Translations under genes and position numbers: made by a program
Assembly: GCA_965228745.1 (NCBI GenBank)
Contig: CBDDID010000003.1
Location: 20,152 to 84,151 of the forward strand
Direction: 5' to 3'
DNA length: 64,000 nucleotides
Origin: Leptonemataceae bacterium
Lineage (GTDB): Bacteria > Spirochaetota > Leptospiria > Leptospirales > Leptonemataceae
The notes under the pieces: generated by a model
The model's database searches: none
Told to the model about the DNA's origin: nothing
What the model saw: the letters and a program-made list of their open reading frames with translations, nothing else
Shown: in pieces, positions 29,322 to 36,316 of the stretch
Layout of the letters: each line of letters starts with the position of its first letter
How positions within the stretch are numbered: position 1 is the stretch's first letter

Positions 29322-30586
29322 TCGTCCCTTCCGCCCAGGCCCAGTTTATTCATTCTATATTGCAGCGAGCCCCGGGAAATGCCAAGTGCTCTTGCCATCT
29401 GCACCTGATTTCCGCCATGCAGAGCATAGGCCTGGAGCAATAAAGACTTTTCCAGTTCTGCCGTTCTGTGCCTCAGATTCAAATCGTCGGCATCCCCCTG
29501 GCTCCAGTTTCCGAACTGCAAGTCAACCCGCCTGAGCTCCGAACCGGGACACAACAAGAATGCGGACTTCAAAGTATCGCGAAGCTCCTGCCAGTTTCCA
29601 GGCCAGTCATGCCCCCGCAGAGCCTCCAGGGCCTCGCCAGTAACCACGATGTTTCGCCCGAACTGGCGCCGGTAGGACCTGAGTAACCGCTCCACTTCTT
29701 CTGGAACTCGATCGCGCTGACTTCGCACAGGAGGAAGGAGCAGCTCCCCCTGGCGCAGTTGCCGAAGCAAGGCTGGCTGAAACCTCCCGGCCTCGGCCAT
29801 GGCGCCGAGATCCCTGGAGCTTGTAAAAATCCAGTACAGCTTGCTTTCCGGATCCGTGAGCAGAGCCAGAATCCGTAACTGCATCGACTGGGACAGATCG
29901 GAGACTTCTTCTATCACAATGGCCCGTGCGCCCCTCTCCATAACCGGGACCACCGAGGCCTCCCCCAAACGCGCGCTTGCCTGATCGCCGAAAAATTCTC
30001 TTAGCTGTACTTCCTCGGATAACCGGCCGGGGTGAAATACTACGGCATCGTCCAGGCCAAACCTTGCCTCCAGCAAGGCCTGCACCAGGAGCTCCGAACC
30101 CGACCCCGGCTCGGAAAGAACCAGCACAGGACTGGGTGCTCGAAGAAGATAGGACAGAGAGTCGTCCAGCCAGACAGGCAAATCGGCGCCACCGGAATCG
30201 CTCTCCTGGAGCCCCAGCTCTGCGAGAAAGAGCAGCTGCATAAACTCATCCCCGGGCAGAGCGCCTTCAGGACCATCCACAACCAGCAGGTAGTCCAGAC
30301 CGGCATCGCCTTGCGCACCCAAAAAAAGATCCCGACCCGGCAGGCTGACTTCAGACCCCGGAATTCGCTGGAACCCTTGCTCGCGAGCCACAGACCAGAC
30401 AGAAGGATCGGCCTGCAAAAAGCCATACCTCTTTCCGGCCTCGGCCCCCGAAAGACCCAGGACAGGGGCGAACACTCCAGATCTCCGAGCGAAGAGAACA
30501 TAGTGAAACGCATCCCCAAGAGAGCCGAGAAACCCGGAGCGGAACAAACCAGCCGAAAGCCGTTTTAGCAGATCCTGCGCAGCCAT
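29318..30586 (-). CDS. degenerate sigma-54 enhancer-binding-protein homologue with a Fis-type HTH
   Basis: Retains EBP landmarks: LLPPVRSQRD, DWPGNWQEL (compare WPGNVREL) and the C-terminal HTH GGNQVQMARALGISRGSLQYRMNKLGL. Walker A is SEPGSGSE (no Lys), Walker B is IVIEEV, and no GAFTGA loop is present. Confidence 0.7.
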   Translation of the reverse strand: MAAQDLLKRLSAGLFRSGFLGSLGDAFHYVLFARRSGVFAPVLGLSGAEAGKRYGFLQADPSVWSVAREQGFQRIPGSEVSLPGRDLFLGAQGDAGLDYLLVVDGPEGALPGDEFMQLLFLAELGLQESDSGGADLPVWLDDSLSYLLRAPSPVLVLSEPGSGSELLVQALLEARFGLDDAVVFHPGRLSEEVQLREFFGDQASARLGEASVVPVMERGARAIVIEEVSDLSQSMQLRILALLTDPESKLYWIFTSSRDLGAMAEAGRFQPALLRQLRQGELLLPPVRSQRDRVPEEVERLLRSYRRQFGRNIVVTGEALEALRGHDWPGNWQELRDTLKSAFLLCPGSELRRVDLQFGNWSQGDADDLNLRHRTAELEKSLLLQAYALHGGNQVQMARALGISRGSLQYRMNKLGLGGRDE

Positions 30587-30641
30587 ACTCTGTTAATATC
30601 GACTGCGCACTTCCTGAAATTCAACGGGCCAGAAGAAAGCC

Positions 30642-30657
30642 TGTCGGACATCCGACC
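30642..30657. promoter_or_regulatory. parS-like site A (imperfect, 14/16)
   Basis: TGTCGGACATCCGACC, two mismatches from the perfect palindrome 45 bp to its right. Confidence 0.45.
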
Positions 30658-30660
30658 AGC

Positions 30661-31020
30661 AGAGCGAGCCGGAAAACCAGCAGGATTGTCGGACGTCCGA
30701 CAATCGCCAAGACCGAGAGCCCTGCCGAAAGAAAGAAGCCAGAGCCTAACGGCGCCAAACAAAGACGCAAGAACGCTGGATCCGGCGAACCCTGACAGAG
30801 CCAAAAGGGCCGCCAGGAAACGCAAAAAGAATCGACAACGTCGCAACTCAAAATCAGACACAGGCCCCCTGGGCAGGAAAGGAACTCCGACCAGCCCCTG
30901 AGCCCCGGGCCAGACAAAAGAAGCCAGAACCAAAGGCCCAGAAATCAGGCGCCGGAAGAAGCAAACGCATCGAAGCCCTCCCGCGAACCGAAGGAAAAGG
31001 ACAGACAAAGACGGCCAGAG
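30661..31020 (+). other. T-depleted tract between the parS-like sites
   Basis: Hand count: 20 T in 360 nt on the + strand. Stops are therefore rare in all + frames, so the open frames here carry no coding evidence. Confidence 0.9.
30686..30703. promoter_or_regulatory. parS-like site B (perfect 18-bp palindrome)
   Basis: TTGTCGGACGTCCGACAA equals its own reverse complement. Same length and outer/central bases as canonical parS TGTTNCACGTGAAACA (10/16). Confidence 0.55.
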
Positions 31021-31026
31021 CAGAAA

Positions 31027-31042
31027 AGTCGGACGTCCGACA
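31027..31042. promoter_or_regulatory. parS-like site C
   Basis: AGTCGGACGTCCGACA. The 14-bp core GTCGGACGTCCGAC is identical to site B. Lies 78 nt upstream of the parA start. Confidence 0.55.
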
Positions 31043-31102
31043 TCCGCCGGGAGGTTTTTTCTCGGGCTCGACAAAAGTTTCTTGAAAAAATCCTTCCTTA
31101 TT

Positions 31103-31114
31103 ATTATGTCGCAT
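31103..31114 (-). promoter_or_regulatory. ATGCGACATAAT motif copy 1 (inverted), immediately upstream of parA
   Basis: + strand ATTATGTCGCAT is the reverse complement of the 12-mer at 32744-32755. It ends 5 nt before the parA GTG. Confidence 0.35.
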
Positions 31115-31119
31115 TAATC

Positions 31120-31875
31120 GTGAAAACCAGAATCATAGCCATCACCAACCAGAAAGGCGGAGAAGGAAAGACCACGACGGCCATCAACCTGGCCTTTGGC
31201 CTGGCAAAAAAGGGCAAGAAGACGCTGCTGGTAGACATGGACCCTCAGGCAAACACGACCGGCCTTTTCTCCAACCCGGACACTCTGGAAGTGACGCTTT
31301 ACAACGTCTTCAGCCAGGGTCGACCTATGAAGGATGCCGTAATTCAAACGGACGAGCCCAACCTCTGGCTGGCTCCGTCCAAGATCACTCTGGCCGAAGT
31401 AGAGTCGATGGGGCAGAATGTGGATGCTCCATACATCCTGCGAGATGCACTTCAGTCAGTGGGCGAGTACGATTTCATCATCATTGACTGCCCACCCAGT
31501 CTTTCTATATTCACAATCAATGCACTGGTAGCTGCAACACATGTAGTGGTGCCCGCCCAGGCAGAGAAGTTCTCAATCGACGGGATGACCGGACTCCAAA
31601 CGACCATTAACAGCATCAAACGCAGGATCAACCCCGAGCTACAGGTGGCAGGAGCCGTTGTAACGCAAATCAAAGCGAAGACAGTTCTTACAAAGACCAT
31701 TCTACCCGTGGTTTCCCAGTTCTTTCATGTATTCGAATCAAACATCAGCGCGGGCGTCGCTATCGGAGAAAGCCACCTGGCCAGAAAGAGCATTTATGAC
31801 TATGCTCCCGATTCCAAGCAGGCCAAAGAGTACACGGACTTTCTGGAGGAACTTCTAAGTGAGCTCAAAGCATAA
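31120..31875 (+). CDS. parA: ParA/Soj-type partition ATPase
   Basis: Deviant Walker A IAITNQKGGEGKTTT. 251 aa with a GTG start. Overlaps parB by 17 nt. Confidence 0.9.
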   Translation: MKTRIIAITNQKGGEGKTTTAINLAFGLAKKGKKTLLVDMDPQANTTGLFSNPDTLEVTLYNVFSQGRPMKDAVIQTDEPNLWLAPSKITLAEVESMGQNVDAPYILRDALQSVGEYDFIIIDCPPSLSIFTINALVAATHVVVPAQAEKFSIDGMTGLQTTINSIKRRINPELQVAGAVVTQIKAKTVLTKTILPVVSQFFHVFESNISAGVAIGESHLARKSIYDYAPDSKQAKEYTDFLEELLSELKA

Positions 31876-32710
31876 AAAACTGGGTACGCTGGCCGATATC
31901 TTCCAGGCAGAATCCCTGGACGGAACAATCACCAGGATTCGCCTGGACCGTATTCATCCGTCAGAAGAACAGCCCCGAAAAGATAGAACTCTGGGTGTCG
32001 ATGAGCTGGCAGAAAGCATCAAGAAAGACGGACTACTGTCTCCCATTGTCGTAACAAGGGCAGGGGAGGGGTACCGGATTATCGCTGGAGAACGGCGATT
32101 CCATGCCCTGAACCGATTGGGATGGAAAGAGGCCGAGTGCAGAATCATCTCGCGGGAAGAAAGGGACTATTTTCGCATTGCCATCATTGAGAACTTGCAA
32201 CGAGAGAACCTGTCCGCACAGGAAGAGGCAGAGGCTCTTTTTCGACTGAAGCAACAGGAAAGCTATTCGGATGCAGAACTGGCGCAGCTCGTAGGAAAGT
32301 CCAGAAACTACATTACGGAGATCCTGGGGATCGCAGGCCTTCCGCCGGAAGCCCTGAAGCGATGCAAGGAAGCGGGGCTGGAAAACAAGAACTTGCTGAT
32401 CCAGGCAGTGCAGGCTCACAGAAAGAACAGATTTGAAGATTTCCTGTCTGCCTACGAATCCGGCGCCATTCGAACTGTCCGATCCGCCAGGGACTTCTTT
32501 GCCGAACCAGCAGACAAGCCCCAGAAAAGCCCTTCCTCCGCCGCAGAGAGCCAGTACGAAAGCCCGGCAACAAGAGCCGAGACAGAACCCTCCGCGGGCC
32601 GCACAATTTCCAGAAAAGGCAGCATTATCACAATTGATGCCGGAGATGCCCGGTCAGCCCGAAGCCTGGAGAACTGGCTCAAGAAGAACATCCACCACAC
32701 CCCCAATTGA
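31859..32710 (+). CDS. parB: ParB/Spo0J-type partition protein
   Basis: ParB N-terminal box with GERR (RIIAGERRFHA), HTH SDAELAQLVGKSRNYITEILGI, and a low-complexity C-terminus. Confidence 0.9.
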   Translation: MSSKHKKLGTLADIFQAESLDGTITRIRLDRIHPSEEQPRKDRTLGVDELAESIKKDGLLSPIVVTRAGEGYRIIAGERRFHALNRLGWKEAECRIISREERDYFRIAIIENLQRENLSAQEEAEALFRLKQQESYSDAELAQLVGKSRNYITEILGIAGLPPEALKRCKEAGLENKNLLIQAVQAHRKNRFEDFLSAYESGAIRTVRSARDFFAEPADKPQKSPSSAAESQYESPATRAETEPSAGRTISRKGSIITIDAGDARSARSLENWLKKNIHHTPN

Positions 32711-32727
32711 TACGTACTTTAAAGTAC

Positions 32728-32755
32728 TTGACAGATGTAGGTTATGCGACATAAT
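32728..32755 (+). promoter_or_regulatory. predicted sigma-70-type promoter for the rep-like gene
   Basis: TTGACA (32728-32733), 16 nt, CATAAT (32750-32755). Preceded by the 14-bp palindrome GTACTTTAAAGTAC (32714-32727). The -10 lies inside the GCGACATAAT motif. Confidence 0.4.
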
Positions 32756-32784
32756 CCAGTCGCGTGTCGTATATATAAAAACGC

Positions 32785-32813
32785 AAAAAAATACCCCTCA
32801 GGAATCTGAGGGG
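32785..32813 (-). terminator. intrinsic terminator oriented for the minus strand, with no minus-strand CDS upstream of it
   Basis: 8-bp GC-rich stem CCCCTCAG-ATTC-CTGAGGGG, followed on the minus strand by TATTTTTTTGCGTTTTT. Confidence 0.55.
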
Positions 32814-32841
32814 CTGGGGCTTCCATTGGGAATGAATGGTT
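32785..32841 (-). ncRNA. predicted ~57-nt antisense (ctRNA-like) small RNA in the rep-like leader
   Basis: Minus-strand promoter TTGACT-16-CATTAT (32875-32848), stem-loop CCATT/AATGG (32823-32839), then the terminator hairpin CCCCTCAG/CTGAGGGG (32794-32813) plus a U-run. Fully complementary to the predicted rep-like mRNA leader. Confidence 0.3.
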
Positions 32842-32847
32842 GGCGAC

Positions 32848-32875
32848 ATAATGACCCTATAGATAAACAAGTCAA
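32848..32875 (-). promoter_or_regulatory. predicted minus-strand promoter for the antisense RNA
   Basis: Minus strand TTGACT (32875-32870), 16 nt, CATTAT (32853-32848). The -10 overlaps GCGACATAAT motif copy 3 (32843-32852). Confidence 0.3.
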
Positions 32876-32917
32876 CCTTTTTTTGGAAGCCTCTCATCAA
32901 GCAGATGAGGTGGCGAG

Positions 32918-33715
32918 ATGTCAGCAGATGAGCTGTACTATTTTAAGTTTGTAAGCAGTGTTATACGGTCCGGGCTGTGGGCAACCCTGTCCCCGGCGGC
33001 TCGAGCGCTCTACCCGGTACTACTGAGCTTTTCAGACCGGGACTTTTCTCCGGTGTACCCAGGCTCGAACCGACTGCTAGAGCTGACTGGTTTTAAGCAG
33101 AAGTCTTCACTCCGCAGAGCCCGGGAAGAGCTTCAAAAAGCAGGCCTGATCCTGGTAAGGACAGGAACCGGTCGCACAAATTCGACGTATCACTTCCTTT
33201 TCGACTCCCTGAGGGGTAGCCAATCACACCCCTGGAGTAGCGCGTCACCACCCCCTGCGGAGCAAGGAGGCCCTCCCCAGCCATCCGACGAAGCGCCCCC
33301 CAGGGGCAAGTCGGAGCAGGTCCCGTACAACCAGATCCATATATCCATCAACAATCAAGGAGAGCCAGTACCCACCAAGGGAGCCTGGGAAAAAGCCAGA
33401 AACGAATGTCTGATGGCGGGGATTCCGCCGACGAATGAGAATGTTCAAAAAATCCTGTCCCGCGAGCATGGGACTGGGCCAATGGCCTGGAATCAGGTGC
33501 TGGATAAGCTCCGGGGTCGGATGTCCGAGGGCAGTATTCGGCTGCTGGCCGAATGTTACCGAGGTGAATCCGATGGGTGGATTCGATTAAGCGATGAAGT
33601 TCCTGAATACCTGAAAACAATACTATTGCAGATTTGTGATCAAATTCTATTTGAGCCTGGACAGGAGCGTGAAGTCTCCACTGAACGCAACAGGCACTGG
33701 AATCAACTAATATGA
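32918..33715 (+). CDS. winged-helix DNA-binding protein, candidate replication initiator (Rep-like)
   Basis: N-terminal pattern LSPAARALYPVLLSFSD...SNRLLELTGFKQKSSLRRAREELQKAGLI is typical of wHTH replication/replisome-organiser proteins. Sits directly after parAB. RBS GAGGTGG. Confidence 0.5.
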   Translation: MSADELYYFKFVSSVIRSGLWATLSPAARALYPVLLSFSDRDFSPVYPGSNRLLELTGFKQKSSLRRAREELQKAGLILVRTGTGRTNSTYHFLFDSLRGSQSHPWSSASPPPAEQGGPPQPSDEAPPRGKSEQVPYNQIHISINNQGEPVPTKGAWEKARNECLMAGIPPTNENVQKILSREHGTGPMAWNQVLDKLRGRMSEGSIRLLAECYRGESDGWIRLSDEVPEYLKTILLQICDQILFEPGQEREVSTERNRHWNQLI

Positions 33716-36243
33716 AACCTATTCGAATTTCGCATCCCCAGATTTATCCTTTCCAGGATTTTTCCGGGCCGGGGGCCGGAGAAATAGAAGATGGGAACGT
33801 AAAATCCTGGGCCAGTGAGGCTTCCGAAGTCCCGGGGCTGGTGGCCTGCCTGGGAAGTTTTACTGAAGAGGTTTTTTTTAATCAGATTGTGCTTGAAAAG
33901 CATCCGGAATTCAAGAGTGCCTTCCCGGATAACTTTCGATTCGAGATCTCTCAGGATGGCCAGATCTGGGAGCCCATACTGAGGGAGTCCGACTTTCGCC
34001 ATGAAGGGAAGGAGACAATGACATGGAACTTCCCTCTGATTTCAGCACGTTATATTAAGTTTCTCTTTATTCGGGATAAGAAATTCGACGAAGGTTATAT
34101 GTCTGCTTTCGGAGCCTTTCGTGTCATGGTTTCTGGAATTGTGGATATCAAGGTCTCCGGAGAGCTTGATCGCCTGTGGGTAAAGGATAACCTCATCGAC
34201 CAGCGAAATGACTATGGCTGGTCCAGTCCGCTACGCAGCCGCCAGGAGGAAGAGTTTATCCGCCTGGATCTGGGTTCGGTGAACCGAGTAAGCGAGATCC
34301 GACTACTGTCCAGAAATGTGGAAGACACTCTTTTTCCTGAAGGGTTTCACATCTCTTATAGTGAGGATAATATCTCCTGGCACCATTTAATGGAAGAAAG
34401 TGGCTTTTTGGCAGAGCCCGGGCAGTGGTACCGATGGAGATTTCTTCCATTAAATATACGTTTTATTCAAATCACTGTCTTTGAAAGCGCCCGGACTCGG
34501 GAAGGGAAGTATCTGTCCCAGATTATTGAGCTGGAACTGTTTGCCTCTGCTGATCCTGTGGAAAAGCAGGATCGTACTCTGCCAGCCGAGCCCATACCTC
34601 ATGCATCGGTGCTTCGATCTGGAATCGTTCGCCTGGGGCTTGATGGTGAAGCCCGGGATGGAGTAGTGGTTCAGGGAAGCGACCGAAGGCTCCGAGACGC
34701 TACATCCGACTTTAAAGGTATTGTGGAACTTGCCTCGGACGGCGAAGATCGGGAAGGTGTAGTGGTCCAGGGATCCGACCGCAGGCTCAAGCCGGCCAGC
34801 GAAGATCTGGCGGGTATTGTTCGTCTGGCCCGGAACGGAGAGGAGCGGGGGCTGCATGCTGTTCAGGCCGATGATGACAGATTGAAGCCGGCTACAGGTG
34901 AGCGGTCCGGGCTGGTGGAACTGGCTGATGATGGCGAAGACAGGGCCGGTGTAGTTGTTCAGGGTAGTGACTCCAGGCTGAAGTATGCCACAGAAAAAGC
35001 TTCCGGTATTGTTCGCCTGGCTCCGGCCGGTGGTAGCAAGCCATCGGAAGTTGTTCAGGGCAGTGATCCCAGGCTTCGGGACGCCACTACTGAAACGAAA
35101 GGGATCCTTCGATTCGCAAGGGCCGGAGAAGTGGAGCCAGAAACAGCTGTCCAGGGATCCGATCCCAGGCTTCGTCTTGCTTCGGTAGAGACTCCCGGAA
35201 TTGTAGAGCTGGCATCCAATGGAGAGGCCAGGGATGGGGTAGCTGTCCAGGGGTCGGATGCGCGATTAAAGGCTGCCAGTGCCGATCATGCAGGTATTGT
35301 AAAGCTGGCACCTGAGGGCGCTGTCCTTTCCGGACATGTAATCCAATCCACGGATCCCAGGCTAAGCGATGCTAGAAAACCTCTAGCCCATGAGCACGAC
35401 TATGCTCCGGTTCAGCACGATTATTCCAGTCATACAGGCACTATTCGAGTGGAATCATCCATGGGAAAACTCTATAACAGTGTTTCTCCTCCGCCGGTAG
35501 AGCATGCTCCTGTGCAAGGAGTGAATAAAGGGGAGGGGGCTGGTCTTACCGGTCGCTCCGAAGGTGATGGCGTTATTGGATACGGAGAGAAATCCGGATT
35601 GCTGGGTTTGTCTCGGTCCGGGGAAGCCGTTCGCGGAATTGCAGGTTCCGGCCCTGGTGGGCGCTTTCTTTCGGAGAGCTTTTACTCCATTGTTGCTGGC
35701 GGCCATGACGATAGAGAAGTGCCCGCTTCTGACCTGGGTCTCTGGGTTCGAGGATTGAGTCGGTTTTCGGGTACCATTTTTGCCGGTAAAAGCGGGGAAA
35801 GCTTGCAGGCTCCTGTGGCGGCCTTTATGCCCGTGCGTCAGAATGAAGTGCTGGGGCCAGGAGATGTTCTGGTTGCCACGGATGAAGAAGGTGTGCTGGC
35901 TCGCTGTTCGCAAAGGGGTAGTCGTCAGGTGATCGGTATCATAGTGGAGAAAGCGGCTATCGTTCTAAATCCTCCCGTGGATTATCTACCGGAGCAACAT
36001 AACCGCAGTGGTCTTCAGAAGCCCGAGGGCATGGAGCTGGTAGCCTTTTTCGGTGTGGTTCAATTAAGAGTCTCTGCTGAAGGCGGTAAGATTGTGCCCG
36101 GGGACTCCCTGGTGGCCTCCTATCAGCCAGGGTGCTGCGAAAAAGCCGGAGAAAAAGATTCCGCTCTTTCTATAGTAGGAAAGTCCCTGGGATTTCATGA
36201 AAAAGGCGATGGGCTGGTAACAGCACTGGTTACCGTTCGGTAG
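33712..36243 (+). CDS. discoidin (F5/8 type C)-like protein with eight tail-fibre-type 32-aa repeats and an HxH-containing C-terminal region
   Basis: Two discoidin-like modules (FRFEISQDGQIWEPI; FIRLDLGSVNRVSEIRLL...ISYSEDNISWHHL), then 8 x 32 aa [ST]xxxxGIVxLAxxGExxxGVVVQGSDxRLKxA, then LAHEHDY. ATGA overlap with the rep-like gene. Confidence 0.75.
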   Translation: MKPIRISHPQIYPFQDFSGPGAGEIEDGNVKSWASEASEVPGLVACLGSFTEEVFFNQIVLEKHPEFKSAFPDNFRFEISQDGQIWEPILRESDFRHEGKETMTWNFPLISARYIKFLFIRDKKFDEGYMSAFGAFRVMVSGIVDIKVSGELDRLWVKDNLIDQRNDYGWSSPLRSRQEEEFIRLDLGSVNRVSEIRLLSRNVEDTLFPEGFHISYSEDNISWHHLMEESGFLAEPGQWYRWRFLPLNIRFIQITVFESARTREGKYLSQIIELELFASADPVEKQDRTLPAEPIPHASVLRSGIVRLGLDGEARDGVVVQGSDRRLRDATSDFKGIVELASDGEDREGVVVQGSDRRLKPASEDLAGIVRLARNGEERGLHAVQADDDRLKPATGERSGLVELADDGEDRAGVVVQGSDSRLKYATEKASGIVRLAPAGGSKPSEVVQGSDPRLRDATTETKGILRFARAGEVEPETAVQGSDPRLRLASVETPGIVELASNGEARDGVAVQGSDARLKAASADHAGIVKLAPEGAVLSGHVIQSTDPRLSDARKPLAHEHDYAPVQHDYSSHTGTIRVESSMGKLYNSVSPPPVEHAPVQGVNKGEGAGLTGRSEGDGVIGYGEKSGLLGLSRSGEAVRGIAGSGPGGRFLSESFYSIVAGGHDDREVPASDLGLWVRGLSRFSGTIFAGKSGESLQAPVAAFMPVRQNEVLGPGDVLVATDEEGVLARCSQRGSRQVIGIIVEKAAIVLNPPVDYLPEQHNRSGLQKPEGMELVAFFGVVQLRVSAEGGKIVPGDSLVASYQPGCCEKAGEKDSALSIVGKSLGFHEKGDGLVTALVTVR
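34606..35373 (+). repeat. eight in-frame tandem 96-nt repeats (coding)
   Basis: aa 299-554 of the 843-aa ORF. The units start SVLRSGIVRLG, TSDFKGIVELA, SEDLAGIVRLA, TGERSGLVELA, TEKASGIVRLA, TTETKGILRFA, SVETPGIVELA and SADHAGIVKLA. Exact 32-aa period with no gaps. Confidence 0.9.
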
Positions 36244-36316
36244 CTTTCCCTGCAGTCTACTGGGTGGCGGTGTGCCTGCGTTACCTGCTGATTCCGGTTC
36301 AGACCCCGTTTGATGC

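Noticed and set aside
30565-31114. ORFs in the par upstream region: 169 aa, 98 aa and 86 aa on the minus strand, 71 aa on the plus strand
   Set aside because: The region has only 20 T in 360 nt, so stop codons are nearly impossible on the + strand and frames stay open by composition. The translations are Arg/Lys/Pro or Phe/Leu/Gly runs with no gene-like features.
34606-35373. Regular 96-nt tandem repeats as a possible CRISPR array or non-coding satellite
   Set aside because: The repeats are contiguous with no spacers, in frame, and conserved at the protein level inside a long ORF. They are coding repeats. No CRISPR array or cas genes were seen anywhere in the window.
24906-36243. Calling the whole 24.9-36.2 kb stretch a bounded mobile element or genomic island
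   Set aside because: I found no integrase, transposase or relaxase gene, no flanking direct repeats of convincing length (the best is an 8-mer), and the only tRNA gene is 13 kb away. The plasmid-like nature is reported as a hypothesis, not annotated as a mobile_element.
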